This document shows, piece by piece, positions 12,528 to 24,079 of a stretch of DNA of 64,000 bases; position 1 is the stretch's first letter; every line of letters begins with the position of its first letter. Below the pieces are notes generated by a model, which was not told where the DNA came from, ran no database searches, and worked only from the letters and a program-made list of their open reading frames with translations. Source of the stretch: Cyanophora paradoxa CCMP329 (lineage: Eukaryota; Plantae; Glaucophyta); contig QPMI01000709.1 in assembly GCA_004431415.1 (NCBI GenBank), forward strand, positions 248,001 through 312,000, written 5' to 3'. A program made the position numbers and the translations under genes.

Positions 12528-13949
12528 CTTACAGCTGGATTGGCGCTTAGACGGCTACGAGGCTAGATCGAATCTGGCTAGTGAGCGAGCTGCAAATTAA
12601 GCCTGCAATTAGCCTCAGCCTGCAGCTGGCAGCCTGTGGCAGGCCTATAGCTAGGGCCTGCAAGTTGCCAAAAAAGTTGGCTGCAACTTGCAATTGCCAT
12701 GCATATGGCCATTTGCAAGTTTGCAATTTTAAAAAAATTATGCTGCCAGTGTGAGTTTCGGAATTCGCCACCTTAAAGCTTCGAATTCGATTCGCGGCGA
12801 TTTGGGAAACTTGAAATTGGGATCATCGGATTCGTCATGATCAGCAATGATTCAGCATTCGGCCCGAGCGCGTGCGCGCTCATTGTTCAAGGTGCGCGCG
12901 ATCGTCCGACGGTCCGGCGTCCGGCGTCCGACGGTCGCGATCGCCGAGTCGACGCGGTCCGATCTAGCCTCGCAGGCTCGGAGGGCGCGCGCGGCGCGCC
13001 CCGCGGCCCGGCGGGCCGCAGCCCCCCGGGCCCCTGGCCCGGGCCCGCCCGCGGGCCGGCGCGCCCGGCCGCGGGTCGGCCAGGAGAAGGCAGCAATCGC
13101 GAAATCAGAACATCGAGACTCGGGCTATGATCCATCATCGTCATACCTCCGGCGGCCCTCCGCTGTGCCTCAGAGTAGGGTTTATTATATATATATAAAT
13201 CAGACTAAATTTTGTAAATCTGGTGGAATTTTCTAGCGGTTTTCATAAATGTCTAGGCGTCGACCTAGCAGGTCGGCCTAGGTCCGGAAATTTCAGCAGG
13301 GGATTTCCGGGAATCCGGCCGCCAGCGGCCGGGCGGCCCGGCTCGCAGAGCATCCCGCGCGTTCGCACGCGCTCTCCGGCCTCTCTACAGCCTTTCCCGC
13401 ACGTTCGAAATCCTGGAAAGCCCCCGCGGCTCGCCTTCTTCTCAGGCGCGGGGCCCCGCGAGCGCCAGCGTCCCGGTCCGCGCCCCGGCCCGTTCGCCTA
13501 CAGCCTCGCCTTCTCGTACACGCACTCGGCGTAGTACTTTCTCACCGTGGTACGCTTCGTCCTCCCCCGCGCGCACTCCCCGCGCCCCGCGCGCCGTCGC
13601 CTCCTTCGCTGACAATCGCGACTCCACTCGCCCCGCTGCAGCCAGCGCCGCACGACGCGCGCCCAACCGCGCACCTCATCTATGCTCTGCGCACTCTGCG
13701 AATTCACGTCCATCGTCGCCCGAGCCCTCTTCTGCGCCGCGCCCCGCTGACCGCCCCGTGCAGCACCGGCCGCTGCCGCGCGCCGCACCGCCGTCCAGCC
13801 GATCGCAGCGGGCGTGCCCGATCGTAACTCAAGCCAGCACAGCTCGTGAGAGCCCCGCCTTCCCGCCCCGCCCGCTCTAAACCGCGCCCCGCTGACCGTG
13901 CAGCATGGCCTGGGTTTCCGACACGCGCCGCCGCGCAACCAGCAGGTGC

Positions 13950-16165
13950 CGGGGCCAGCGGGCGGGCCCGGGGCGCGGCGGAGCGCACGCGCTGCCCGCG
14001 CGGCAGGTGCGGGGCGGCGCGGCGGCGCTGGCTGCGGTGGCCTGCGGCGATCGGGGCCCGCAGCAGGTGCGCCGCGCGCCGGGCGGGCGGCGGGCCGGCC
14101 TAGGGGGCGGGGCCTCGCCGCCCTTCCTGGGGAGGGCCCGGCGCGAGGCCGGTGGGTGGATACGGGGCGGGGCGGCGCTCACGCGCTGGCCGTGCGGCAG
14201 GTGCGGGCGGCGCGGCGGCGCTGGCGGCGGCGGCCTGCGGCGATCACGGGGCCCGCAGCAGGTGCGCCGCGCGCCGGGCGGGCGGCGGGGCCGGCTCTAG
14301 GGGCGGGGCCTCGCCAGCCCTCCCTGGGAGGGCCCCAGCGCGGGGCCGGCGGGCGGGTACGGGGCGGGGCGGCGCTCACGCGAGGCCCGGCGCGGGGCCA
14401 GCGGGCGTTACGGGGCGCGGCAGCGCTCACGTGCTGGCCGTGCGGCAGGTGCGGGGCGGCGTCGCGGCGGCGCTGGCGGCGGCGGCCTGCGGCGATTGGG
14501 GGGCCCGCAGCAGATGCGCCGCGCGCGGCGGGCGGCGGGGCCGGCCCTAGGGGCGGGGCTCGCCGGCCTTCCTGGGGAGGCCCCGGCGCGAGGCCGGTGG
14601 CGGGTACGGGCGGGGCGGCGCTCACGCGCTGCCCGCGCGGCAGGTGCGGGGCGGCGCGGCGGCGCTGGCGGCGGCGGCCTGCGGCGATCGCGGGGCCCGC
14701 AGCAGGTGCGCCGCGCGCCGGGCGGGCGGAAGGGCCGGCCCTAGGAGGTGGGCCTCGCCGGCCCTCCCTGGGGAGGCCCCGGCGCGGGGCCGGCGGGCGG
14801 TACGGGCGGGGCGGCGCTCACGCGCTGGCCGTGCGGCAGGTGCGGGGCGGCGCGGCGGCGCTGGCGGCAGCGGCCGGCGGCGATCACGGGCCCGCAGCAG
14901 GTGCGCCGCGCGCCGGGCGGGCGGCGGGCCGGCTCTAGGGGCGGGGCCTCGCCGCCCTTCCTGGGGAGGGCCCGGCGCGGGCCGGTGGCGGGTACGGGGC
15001 GGGCGGCGCTCACGCGCTGGCCGTGCGGCAGGTGCGGGGCGGCGTCGCGGCGGCGCTGGCGGCGGCGGCCTGCGGCGATTGGGGGCCCGCAGCAGATGCG
15101 CCGCGCGCCGGGCGGGCGGCGGGGCCGGCCCTAGGGGCGGGCCTCGCCGGCCCTTCCTGGGGAGGCCCCGGCGCGGGGCCGGCGGCAGGCCCGGGGCGCG
15201 GCGGAGCGCACGCGCTGCCCGCGCGGCAGGTGCGGGGCGGCGCGGCGGCGCTGGCGGCGGCGGCCTGCGGCGATCGCGGGGCCCGCAGCAGGTGCGCCGC
15301 GCGCCGGGCGGGCGGCAGGGCCGGCCCTAGGAGGTGGGCCTCGCCGGCCCTTCCTGGGGAGGGCCCGGCGCGGGCCGGCGGGCGGGTACGGGGCGGGGCG
15401 GCGCTCACGCGCTGGCCGTGCGGCAGGTGCGGGGCGGCGCGGCGGCGCTGGCGGCGGCGGCCGGCGGCGATCACGGGGCCCGCAGCAGGTGCGCCGCGCG
15501 CCGGGCGGGCGGCGGGCCGCCCCTAGGGGGCGGGGCCTCGCCGGCCCTTCCTGGGAGGGCCCCGCGCGGGGCCGGTGGGCAGGCCGGGGCGCGGCGGAGC
15601 GCACGCGCTGCCGCGCGGCAGGTGCGGGGCGGCGCGGCGCGCTGGCGGCGGCGGCCAGCGGCGATCGCGGGGCCCGCAGCAGGTGCTCAGCGCGCCAGGC
15701 GGGCGGCGGGGCCGGCTCTAGGTGGCTGGGCCTCGCCGGCCCTTCCTGGGAGGGCCCCGGCGCGGGGCTGGCGGGCGGGTACGGGGCGGGGCGGCGCTCA
15801 CGCGCTCCCTGCGGCGCAGCTGCGCGGCGTTGCGGCGGCGCTGGCGGCGGCGGCCGGCGGCGATCACGGGGCCCGCAGCAGGTGCGCCGCGCGCCGGGCG
15901 GCGCGGGGCCAGCCCTGGGGGACGGGGCCTCGCCGGCCCTCCCTGGAGAGGGCCCCGGCGCGGGCCGGCGGGCGGGTACGGGGCGGGCGGCGCTCACGCG
16001 CTCCCTGCGGCGCACCTGCGCGGCGTCGCAGCGGCGGTGGCGGCGGCGGCCGGAGGCGATCGCGGGGCCCGCAGCAGGTGCGCCGCGCACCGGGCGGGCG
16101 GCGGGGCCGGCCCTGGGGGCGAGGCCTCGCCCGCCGTTCTGGGGAGGGCCCCGGCGCGGGGCCGG
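13950..16165 (+). repeat. Left subterminal tandem array, ~196-bp GC-rich unit, ~11 copies
   Basis: CTAGG marker recurs near 14100, 14297, 14547, 14741, 14935, 15131, 15327, 15523, 15718; shared GGCCCGCAGCAGGTGCGCCGCGCGCCGGGCGG core. Confidence 0.9.
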
Positions 16166-19100
16166 CGAGGGCCCTACGAGCGCACGTCGACGCAGAGAGA
16201 TTCTAAATATGGCCTGGGTCTGACCGCTGCGCGCGCAGGGACCCACGCCCCCTGCCCCGCCGCCCCCTGAACCCGGTACCCCTGGTGCGAGCCCCGGGCC
16301 GTGCTCCCCGCTAGCTGATGGCCCGGCGAGGCCCTACGAGCGCACGTCGACGCAGAGAGATTCTAAATATGGCCTGGGTCTGACCGCTGCGCGCGCAGGG
16401 ACCCACCCCCCTTGCCCCGCCGCCCCTGAACCCGGTACCCCTGGTGCGAGCCCTGGGCCGTGCACCCCGCCTGCCGATAGCCCCGCGAGGGCCCTACAAG
16501 CGCGCGTCGACGCATAGAGATTCTAAACATGGCCTGGGTCTGACCGCTGCGCGCGCAGGACCCACGCCCCCTGCCCCGCCGCCCCCTGAACCCGGTACCC
16601 CTGGTGCGAGCCCCGGGCCGTGCTCCCCGCCCGCCGATGGCCCGGCGAGGGCCCTACAAGCGCACGTCGACGCAGAGAGATTCTAAATATGGCCTGGGTC
16701 TGACCGCTGCGCGCGCAGGGACCCACCCCCCTTGCCCCCGCCGCCCCCTGAACCCGGTACCCCTGGTGCGAGCCCCGGGCCGTGCTCCCCGCCCGCCGAT
16801 GGCCCGGCGAGGGCCCTACGAGCGCACGTCGACGCAGAGAGATTCTAAACATGGCCTGGGTCTGACCGCTGCGCGCGCAGGGACCCACGCCCCCTGCCCC
16901 CGCCGCCCCCTGAACCCGGTACCCCTGGTGCGAGCCTCGGGCCGTGCTCCCCGCCCGCCGATGGCCCGGCGAGGGCCCTACGAGCGCACGTCGACGCAGA
17001 GAGATTCTAAACATGGCCTGGGTCTGACCGCTGCGCGCGCAGGGACCCACGCCCCCTGCCCCCGCCGCCCCCTGAACCCGGTACCCCTGGTGCGAGCCCG
17101 GGCCGTGCTCCCCGCCCGCCGATGGCCCGGCGAGGGCCCTACGAGCGCACGTCGACGCAGAGAGATTCTAAACATGGCCTGGGTCTGACCGCTGCGCGCG
17201 CAGGGACCCACCCCCTTGCCCCCGCCGCCCCTGAACCCGGTACCCTGGTGCGAGCCCCGGGCCGTGCTCCCCGCCCGCCGATGGCCCGGCGAGGCCCTAC
17301 GAGCGCACGTCGACGCAGAGAGATTCTAAACATGGCCTGGGTCTGACCGCTGCGCGCGCAGGGACCCACGCCCCCTGCCCCCGCCGCCCCCTGAACCCGG
17401 TACCCCTGGTGCGAGCCCCGGGCCGTGCTCCCCGCCTGCCGATGACCCGGCGAGGGCCCTACGAGCGCACGTCGACGCAGAGAGATTCTAAATATGGCCT
17501 GGGTCTGACCGCTGCGCGCGCAGGGACCCGCCCCCCTTGCCCCCGCCGCCCCCTGAACCCGGTACCCCTAGTGCGAGCCCCGGGCCGTGCTCCCCGCCTG
17601 CCGATGACCCGGCGAGGGCCCTACGAGCGCACGTCGACGCAGAGAGATTCTAATATGGCCTGGGTCTGACCGCTGCGCGCGCAGGGACCCACGCCCCCTG
17701 CCCCCGCCGCCCCCTGAACCCGGTACCCCTGGTGCGAGCCCCGGGCCGTGCTCCCCGCTAGCTGATGGCCCGGCGAGGGCCCTACAAGCGCGCGTCGACG
17801 CATAGAGATTCTAAATATGGCCTGGGTCTGACCGCTGCGCGCGCAGGGACCCACCCCCCTTGCCCCCGCCGCCCCCTGAACCTGGTACCCCTGGTGCGAG
17901 CCCCGGGCCGTGCTCCCCGCTAGCTGATGGCCCGGCGAGGGCCCTACGAGCGCACGTCGACGCAGAGAGATTCTAAATATGGCCTGGGTCTGACCGCTGC
18001 GCGCGCAGGGACCCACGCCCCCTGCCCCCGCCGCCCCCTGAACCCGGTACCCCTGGTGCGAGCCCCGGGCCGTGCTCCCCGCTAGCTGATGGCCCGGCGA
18101 GGGCCCTACAAGCGCGCGTCGACGCATAGAGATTCTAAATATGGCCTGGGTCTGACCGCTGCGCGCGCAGGGACCCACCCCCCTTGCCCCCGCCGCCCCC
18201 TGAACCCGGTACCCCTGGTGCGAGCCCCGGGCCGTGATCCCCGCTAGCTGATGGCCCGGCGAGGGCCCTACAAGCGCGCTTCGACGCATAGAGATTCTAA
18301 ACATGGCCTGGGTCTGACCGCTGCGCGCGCAGGGACCCGCCCCCCTTGCCCCCGCCGCCCCCTGAACCTGGTACCCCTGGTGCGAGCCCCGGGCCGTGCT
18401 CCCCGCCCGCCGATGGCCCGGCGAGGGCCCTACAAGCGCGCGTCGACGCATAGAGATTCTAAATATGGCCTGGGTCTGACCGCTGCGCGCGCAGGGACCC
18501 ACCCCCCTTGCCCCCGCCGCCCCCTGAACCCGGTACCCCTGGTGCGAGCCCCGGGCCGTGATCCCCGCTAGCTGATGGCCCGGCGAGGGCCCTACAAGCG
18601 CGCGTCGACGCATAGAGATTCTAAACATGGCCTGGGTCTGACCGCTGCGCGCGCAGGGACCCACCCCCTGCCCCGCCGCCCCTGAACCGGTACCCCTGGT
18701 GCGAGCCCCGGCCGTGCTCCCCGCCCGCCGATGGCCCGGCGAGGGCCCTACGAGCGCACGTCGACGCAGAGAGATTCTAAATATGGCCTGGGTCTGACCG
18801 CTGCGCGCGCAGGGACCCGCCCCCTTGCCCCGCCGCCCCCTGAACCTGGTACCCCTGGTGCGAGCCCCGGGCCGTGCTCCCCGCCCGCCGATGGCCCGGC
18901 GAGGGCCCTACAAGCGCGCGTCGACGCATAGAGATTCTAAACATGGCCTGGGTCTGACCGCTGCGCGCGCAGGGACCCACGCCCCTGCCCCCGCCGCCCC
19001 CTGAACCCGGTACCCCTGGTGCGAGCCCCGGGCCGTGCTCCCCGCCCGCCGATGGCCCGGCGAGGGCCCTACGAGCGCACGTCGACGCAGAGAGATTCTA

Positions 19101-22100
19101 AATATGGCCTGGGTCTGACCGCTGCGCGCGCAGGGACCCACCCCCTTGCCCCCGCCGCCCCTGAACCCGGTACCCCTGGTGCGAGCCCCGGGCCGTGCTC
19201 CCCGCCCGCCGATGGCCCGGCGAGGGCCCTACGAGCGCACGTCGACGCAGAGAGATTCTAAACATGGCCTGGGTCTGACCGCTGCGCGCGCAGGGACCCA
19301 CCCCCCTTGCCCCCGCCGCCCCCTGAACCCGGTACCCCTGGTGCGAGCCCCGGGCCGTGCTCCCCGCCCGCCGATGGCCCGGCGAGGGCCCTACAAGCGC
19401 ACGTCGACGCAGAGAGATTCTAAATATGGCCTGGGTCTGACCGCTGCGCGCGCAGGGACCCACCCCCCTTGCCCCGCCGCCCCCTGAACCCGGTACCCTG
19501 GTGCGAGCCCCGGCCGTGCTCCCGCCCGCCGATGGCCCGGCGAGGGCCCTACGAGCGCACGTCGACGCAGAGAGATTCTAAACATGGCCTGGGTCTGACC
19601 GCTGCGCGCGCAGGGACCCACGCCCCCTGCCCCCGCCGCCCCTGAACCCGGTACCCCTGGTGCGAGCCTCGGCCGTGCTCCCCGCCCGCCGATGGCCCGG
19701 CGAGGGCCCTACGAGCGCACGTCGACGCAGAGAGATTCTAAACATGGCCTGGGTCTGACCGCTGCGCGCGCAGGGACCCACGCCCCCTGCCCCCGCCGCC
19801 CCCTGAACCCGGTACCCCTGGTGCGAGCCCCGGGCCGTGCTCCCCGCCCGCCGATGGCCCGGCGAGGGCCCTACGAGCGCACGTCGACGCAGAGAGATTC
19901 TAAATATGGCCTGGGTCTGACCGCTGCGCGCGCAGGGACCCACCCCCCTTGCCCCCGCCGCCCCCTGAACCCGGTACCCCTGGTGCGAGCCCCGGGCCGT
20001 GCTCCCCGCCCGCCGATGGCCCGGCGAGGGCCCTACGAGCGCACGTCGACGCAGAGAGATTCTAAACATGGCCTGGGTCTGACCGCTGCGCGCGCAGGGA
20101 CCCACGCCCCTGCCCCGCCGCCCCCTGAACCCGGTACCCCTGGTGCGAGCCCCGGGCCGTGCTCCCCGCCTGCCGATGACCCGGCGAGGGCCCTACGAGC
20201 GCACGTCGACGCAGAGAGATTCTAAATATGGCCTGGGTCTGACCGCTGCGCGCGCAGGGACCCGCCCCCCTTGCCCCCGCCGCCCCCTGAACCCGGTACC
20301 CCTAGTGCGAGCCCCGGGCCGTGCTCCCCGCTAGCTGATGGCCCGGCGAGGGCCCTACGAGCGCACGTCGACGCAGAGAGATTCTAAATATGGCCTGGGT
20401 CTGACCGCTGCGCGCGCAGGGACCCACCCCCCTTGCCCCCGCCGCCCCCTGAACCCGGTACCCCTGGTGCGAGCCCCGGGCCGTTGTCCCCGCTAGCTGA
20501 TGGCCCGGCGAGGGCCCTACAAGCGCGCTTCGACGCATAGAGATTCTAAACATGGCCTGGGTCTGACCGCTGCGCGCGCAGGGACCCGCCCCCCTTGCCC
20601 CCGCCGCCCCTGAACCTGGTACCCCTGGTGCGAGCCCCGGGCCGTGCTCCCGCCCGCCGATGGCCCGGCGAGGGCCCTACAAGCGCGCGTCGACGCATAG
20701 AGATTCTAAATATGGCCTGGGTCTGACCGCTGCGCGCGCAGGGACCCACCCCCTTGCCCCGCCGCCCCTGAACCCGGTACCCTGGTGCGAGCCCCGGGCC
20801 GTGATCCCCGCTAGCTGATGGCCCGGCGAGGGCCCTACAAGCGCGCGTCGACGCATAGAGATTCTAAACATGGCCTGGGTCTGACCGCTGCGCGCGCAGG
20901 GACCCACCCCCTGCCCCGCCGCCCCCTGAACCCGGTACCCCTGGTGCGAGCCCCGGGCCGTGCTCCCGCCCGCCGATGGCCCGGCGAGGGCCCTACGAGC
21001 GCACGTCGACGCAGAGAGATTCTAAATATGGCCTGGGTCTGACCGCTGCGCGCGCAGGGACCCGCCCCCTTGCCCCCGCCGCCCCCTGAACCTGGTACCC
21101 TGGTGCGAGCCCCGGGCCGTGCTCCCCGCCCGCCGATGGCCCGGCGAGGGCCCTACAAGCGCGCGTCGACGCATAGAGATTCTAAACATGGCCTGGGTCT
21201 GACCGCTGCGCGCGCAGGGACCACGCCCCCTGCCCCCGCCGCCCCTGAACCCGGTACCCCTGGTGCGAGCCCCGGGCCGTGATCCCCGCTAGCTGATGGC
21301 CCGGCGAGGGCCCTACAAGCGCGCGTCGACGCATAGAATTCTAAACATGGCCTGGGTCTGACCGCTGCGCGCGCAGGGACCCACGCCCCTGCCCCGCCGC
21401 CCCCTGAACCCGGTACCCCTGGTGCGAGCCCCGGGCCGTGCTCCCCGCCTGCCGATGACCCGGCGAGGGCCCTACGAGCGCACGTCGACGCAGAGAGATT
21501 CTAAATATGGCCTGGGTCTGACCGCTGCGCGCGCAGGGACCCACGCCCCCTGCCCCCGCCGCCCCCTGAACCCGGTACCCCTGGTGCGAGCCCCGGGCCG
21601 TGCTCCCCGCCCGCCGATGGCCCGGCGAGGGCCCTACAAGCGCACGTCGACGCAGAGAGATTCTAAATATGGCCTGGGTCTGACCGCTGCGCGCGCAGGG
21701 ACCCGCCCCCCTTGCCCCCGCCGCCCCCTGAACCCGGTACCCCTGGTGCGAGCCCCGGGCCGTGCTCCCCGCTAGCTGATGGCCCGGCGAGGGCCCTACG
21801 AGCGCACGTCGACGCAGAGAGATTCTAAATATGGCCTGGGTCTGACCGCTGCGCGCGCAGGGACCCACGTCCCCTGCCCCCGCCGCCCCCTGAACCCGGT
21901 ACCCCTGGTGCGAGCCCCGGGCCGTGCTCCCCGCTAGCTGATGGCCCGGCGAGGGCCCTACGAGCGCACGTCGACGCAGAGAGATTCTAAATATGGCCTG
22001 GGTCTGACCGCTGCGCGCGCAGGGACCCACGTCCCCTGCCCCCGCCGCCCCCTGAACCCGGTACCCCTGGTGCGAGCCCCGGGCCGTGCTCCCCGCCCGC

Positions 22101-22627
22101 CGATGGCCCGGCGAGGGCCCTACAAGCGCACGTCGACGCAGAGAGATTCTAAATATGGCCTGGGTCTGACCGCTGCGCGCGCAGGGACCCGCCCCCTTGC
22201 CCCGCCGCCCCTGAACCCGGTACCCCTGGTGCGAGCCCGGGCCGTGCTCCCCGCTAGCTGATGGCCGGCGAGGGCCCTACGAGCGCACGTCGACGCAGAG
22301 AGATTCTAAATATGGCCTGGGTCTGACCGCTGCGCGCGCAGGGACCCACGTCCCCTGCCCCCGCCGCCCCCTGAACCCGGTACCCCTGGTGCGAGCCCCG
22401 GGCCGTGCTCCCCGCTAGCTGATGGCCCGGCGAGGGCCCTACGAGCGCACGTCGACGCATAGAGATTCTAAATATGGCCTGGGTCTGACCGCTGCGCGCG
22501 CAGGGACCCACGCCCCCTGCCCCCGCCGCCCCCTGAACCCGGTACCCCTGGTGCGAGCCCCGGGCCGTGCTCCCCGCTAGCTGATGGCCCGGCGAGGGCC
22601 CTACAAGCGCGCGTCGACGCATAGAGG
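16160..22627 (+). repeat. Homogeneous satellite, 161-bp unit, ~40 copies
   Basis: Unit contains GTCGACGCA(G/T)AGAGATTCTAAA(T/C)ATGGCCTGGGTCTGACCGCTGCGCGCGCAGGGACCC; period ~161 bp; no unique spacers. Confidence 0.95.
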
Positions 22628-22642
22628 TCATTTGTGCTTCGA

Positions 22643-23330
22643 TGCACATGTGTACATGTACATGAGGTGATGCATATGGGCCCGCGGATCCACGCCAGGG
22701 CACCCCAGGACGGGCCCCGCGCCCGAATCGGAGCACTGGGAAACAACATGTATTATACATGGATTCATAATCTATAAGATGAGCTTGGAACGCCGCGCGT
22801 GAGACACAAGGCCGGCCTCGAGGGAGTGAGGGGGGCAAGTGAGGTGATCGGCCCGCGGAACCACGCCAGGCTAGGGCACCCCAGGACGGGCCCCGCGCCT
22901 GCTTCGGGGCACTGAGACACAACTTTTACGGAACATCGATTGCGAATCCAGAACATGAGCCGAGGGCCACGGGCGCAAGACAAAAGGCCCGCCTTGAGGG
23001 AGTGAGTGGTGCACATGTGTACATGTACATGAGGTGATGCATATGGGCCCGCGGATCCACGCCAGGGCACCCCAGGACGGGCCCCGCGCCCGAATCGGAG
23101 CACTGGGAAACAACATGTATTATACATGGATTCAGAATCTATAAGATGAGCTGGGAACGCCGCGCGTGAGACACAAGGCCGGCCTCGAGGGAGTGAGGGG
23201 GGCACATGAGGGAATGGGCCCGCGGAACCGCGCCCTTTCTCCCCAGGGCGGGCCCCGCGCCCGAATCGGAGCACTGGGAAACAACCTGTATTACATAGGG
23301 ATTTAGAATATATAAGATGAGCTAGGGGTG
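22643..23330 (+). repeat. Direct duplication (~367-bp period) in the unique core of the foldback element
   Basis: TGCACATGTGTACATGTACATGAGGTGATGCATATGGGCCCGCGG... at ~22643 and ~23010; CCGAATCGGAGCACTGGGAAACAAC occurs three times. Confidence 0.85.
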
Positions 23331-24079
23331 CAGGGTTCTAGGGGGATGGTCAGAGCGAGCCGAGGGCACCATGTGCCATCCACTGTAGTTTCATTCGAAC
23401 TGGATATCTTTGGATGGGAATTAGTTATATTAGATCCAAATGTATCATGAGAACGACAATGAAAAGGGCGGATAGAATATATGCAACGGTCGGGACTCAC
23501 AATTAAGCCTAACCTGTAAGTCGCCACAAAAACGTTCGTTGAGCTCACAAACCTGACAACGGCACATCACACACATCTGACATCATGAAAACTGACCTCG
23601 ACGGGTGACTCCACTACCACTCAAAAACAGCATTTATATTGCATATAAAGGCTTTTAAAAGCCTCGTACATATCTGATTCATTGGGCAAAGTTTGTTGAA
23701 ACGAGATTTCGGAAACAATTGCTGCTATGCCCTAACGTTAACATGACCCAACATGCACTGCGGGGGCCTGGAGGGTGCGGGCCTTCGCGCTCCGCATTGT
23801 TGGCGACGAGAGGCCCCCACGGGCAAGATTGCTAGAGGAGAAGGCGCTGCGCATCTCGCTCGAGGGGTACCGAGGCGTCTGGGAGACGGCGGCCCGAGGC
23901 AGGCGAGAGGGGCTCTTCGGAGGCTGGTGCGGGCCTGGAGGGTGCAGGTACGGGAGGCCTGGAGCCTGGCACTCTCCCCCACAATCCTTTTACTTCTTGT
24001 GTAACACGTTCACACGGGTAGCGGCGGGTAGGGGGAGAGGGGCGGAGGGGGAGGGGGGGAGAGGGGGAAGAGACAACAA

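Noticed and set aside
11820-12760. Possible older transposon surrounding the hAT MITE
   Set aside because: Repetitive GCTGCA/GGCTA-rich flanks, but no convincing TIR pair or TSD.
16160-22627. CRISPR-like array
   Set aside because: Whole 161-bp units repeat with no unique spacers; no cas genes; eukaryotic context.
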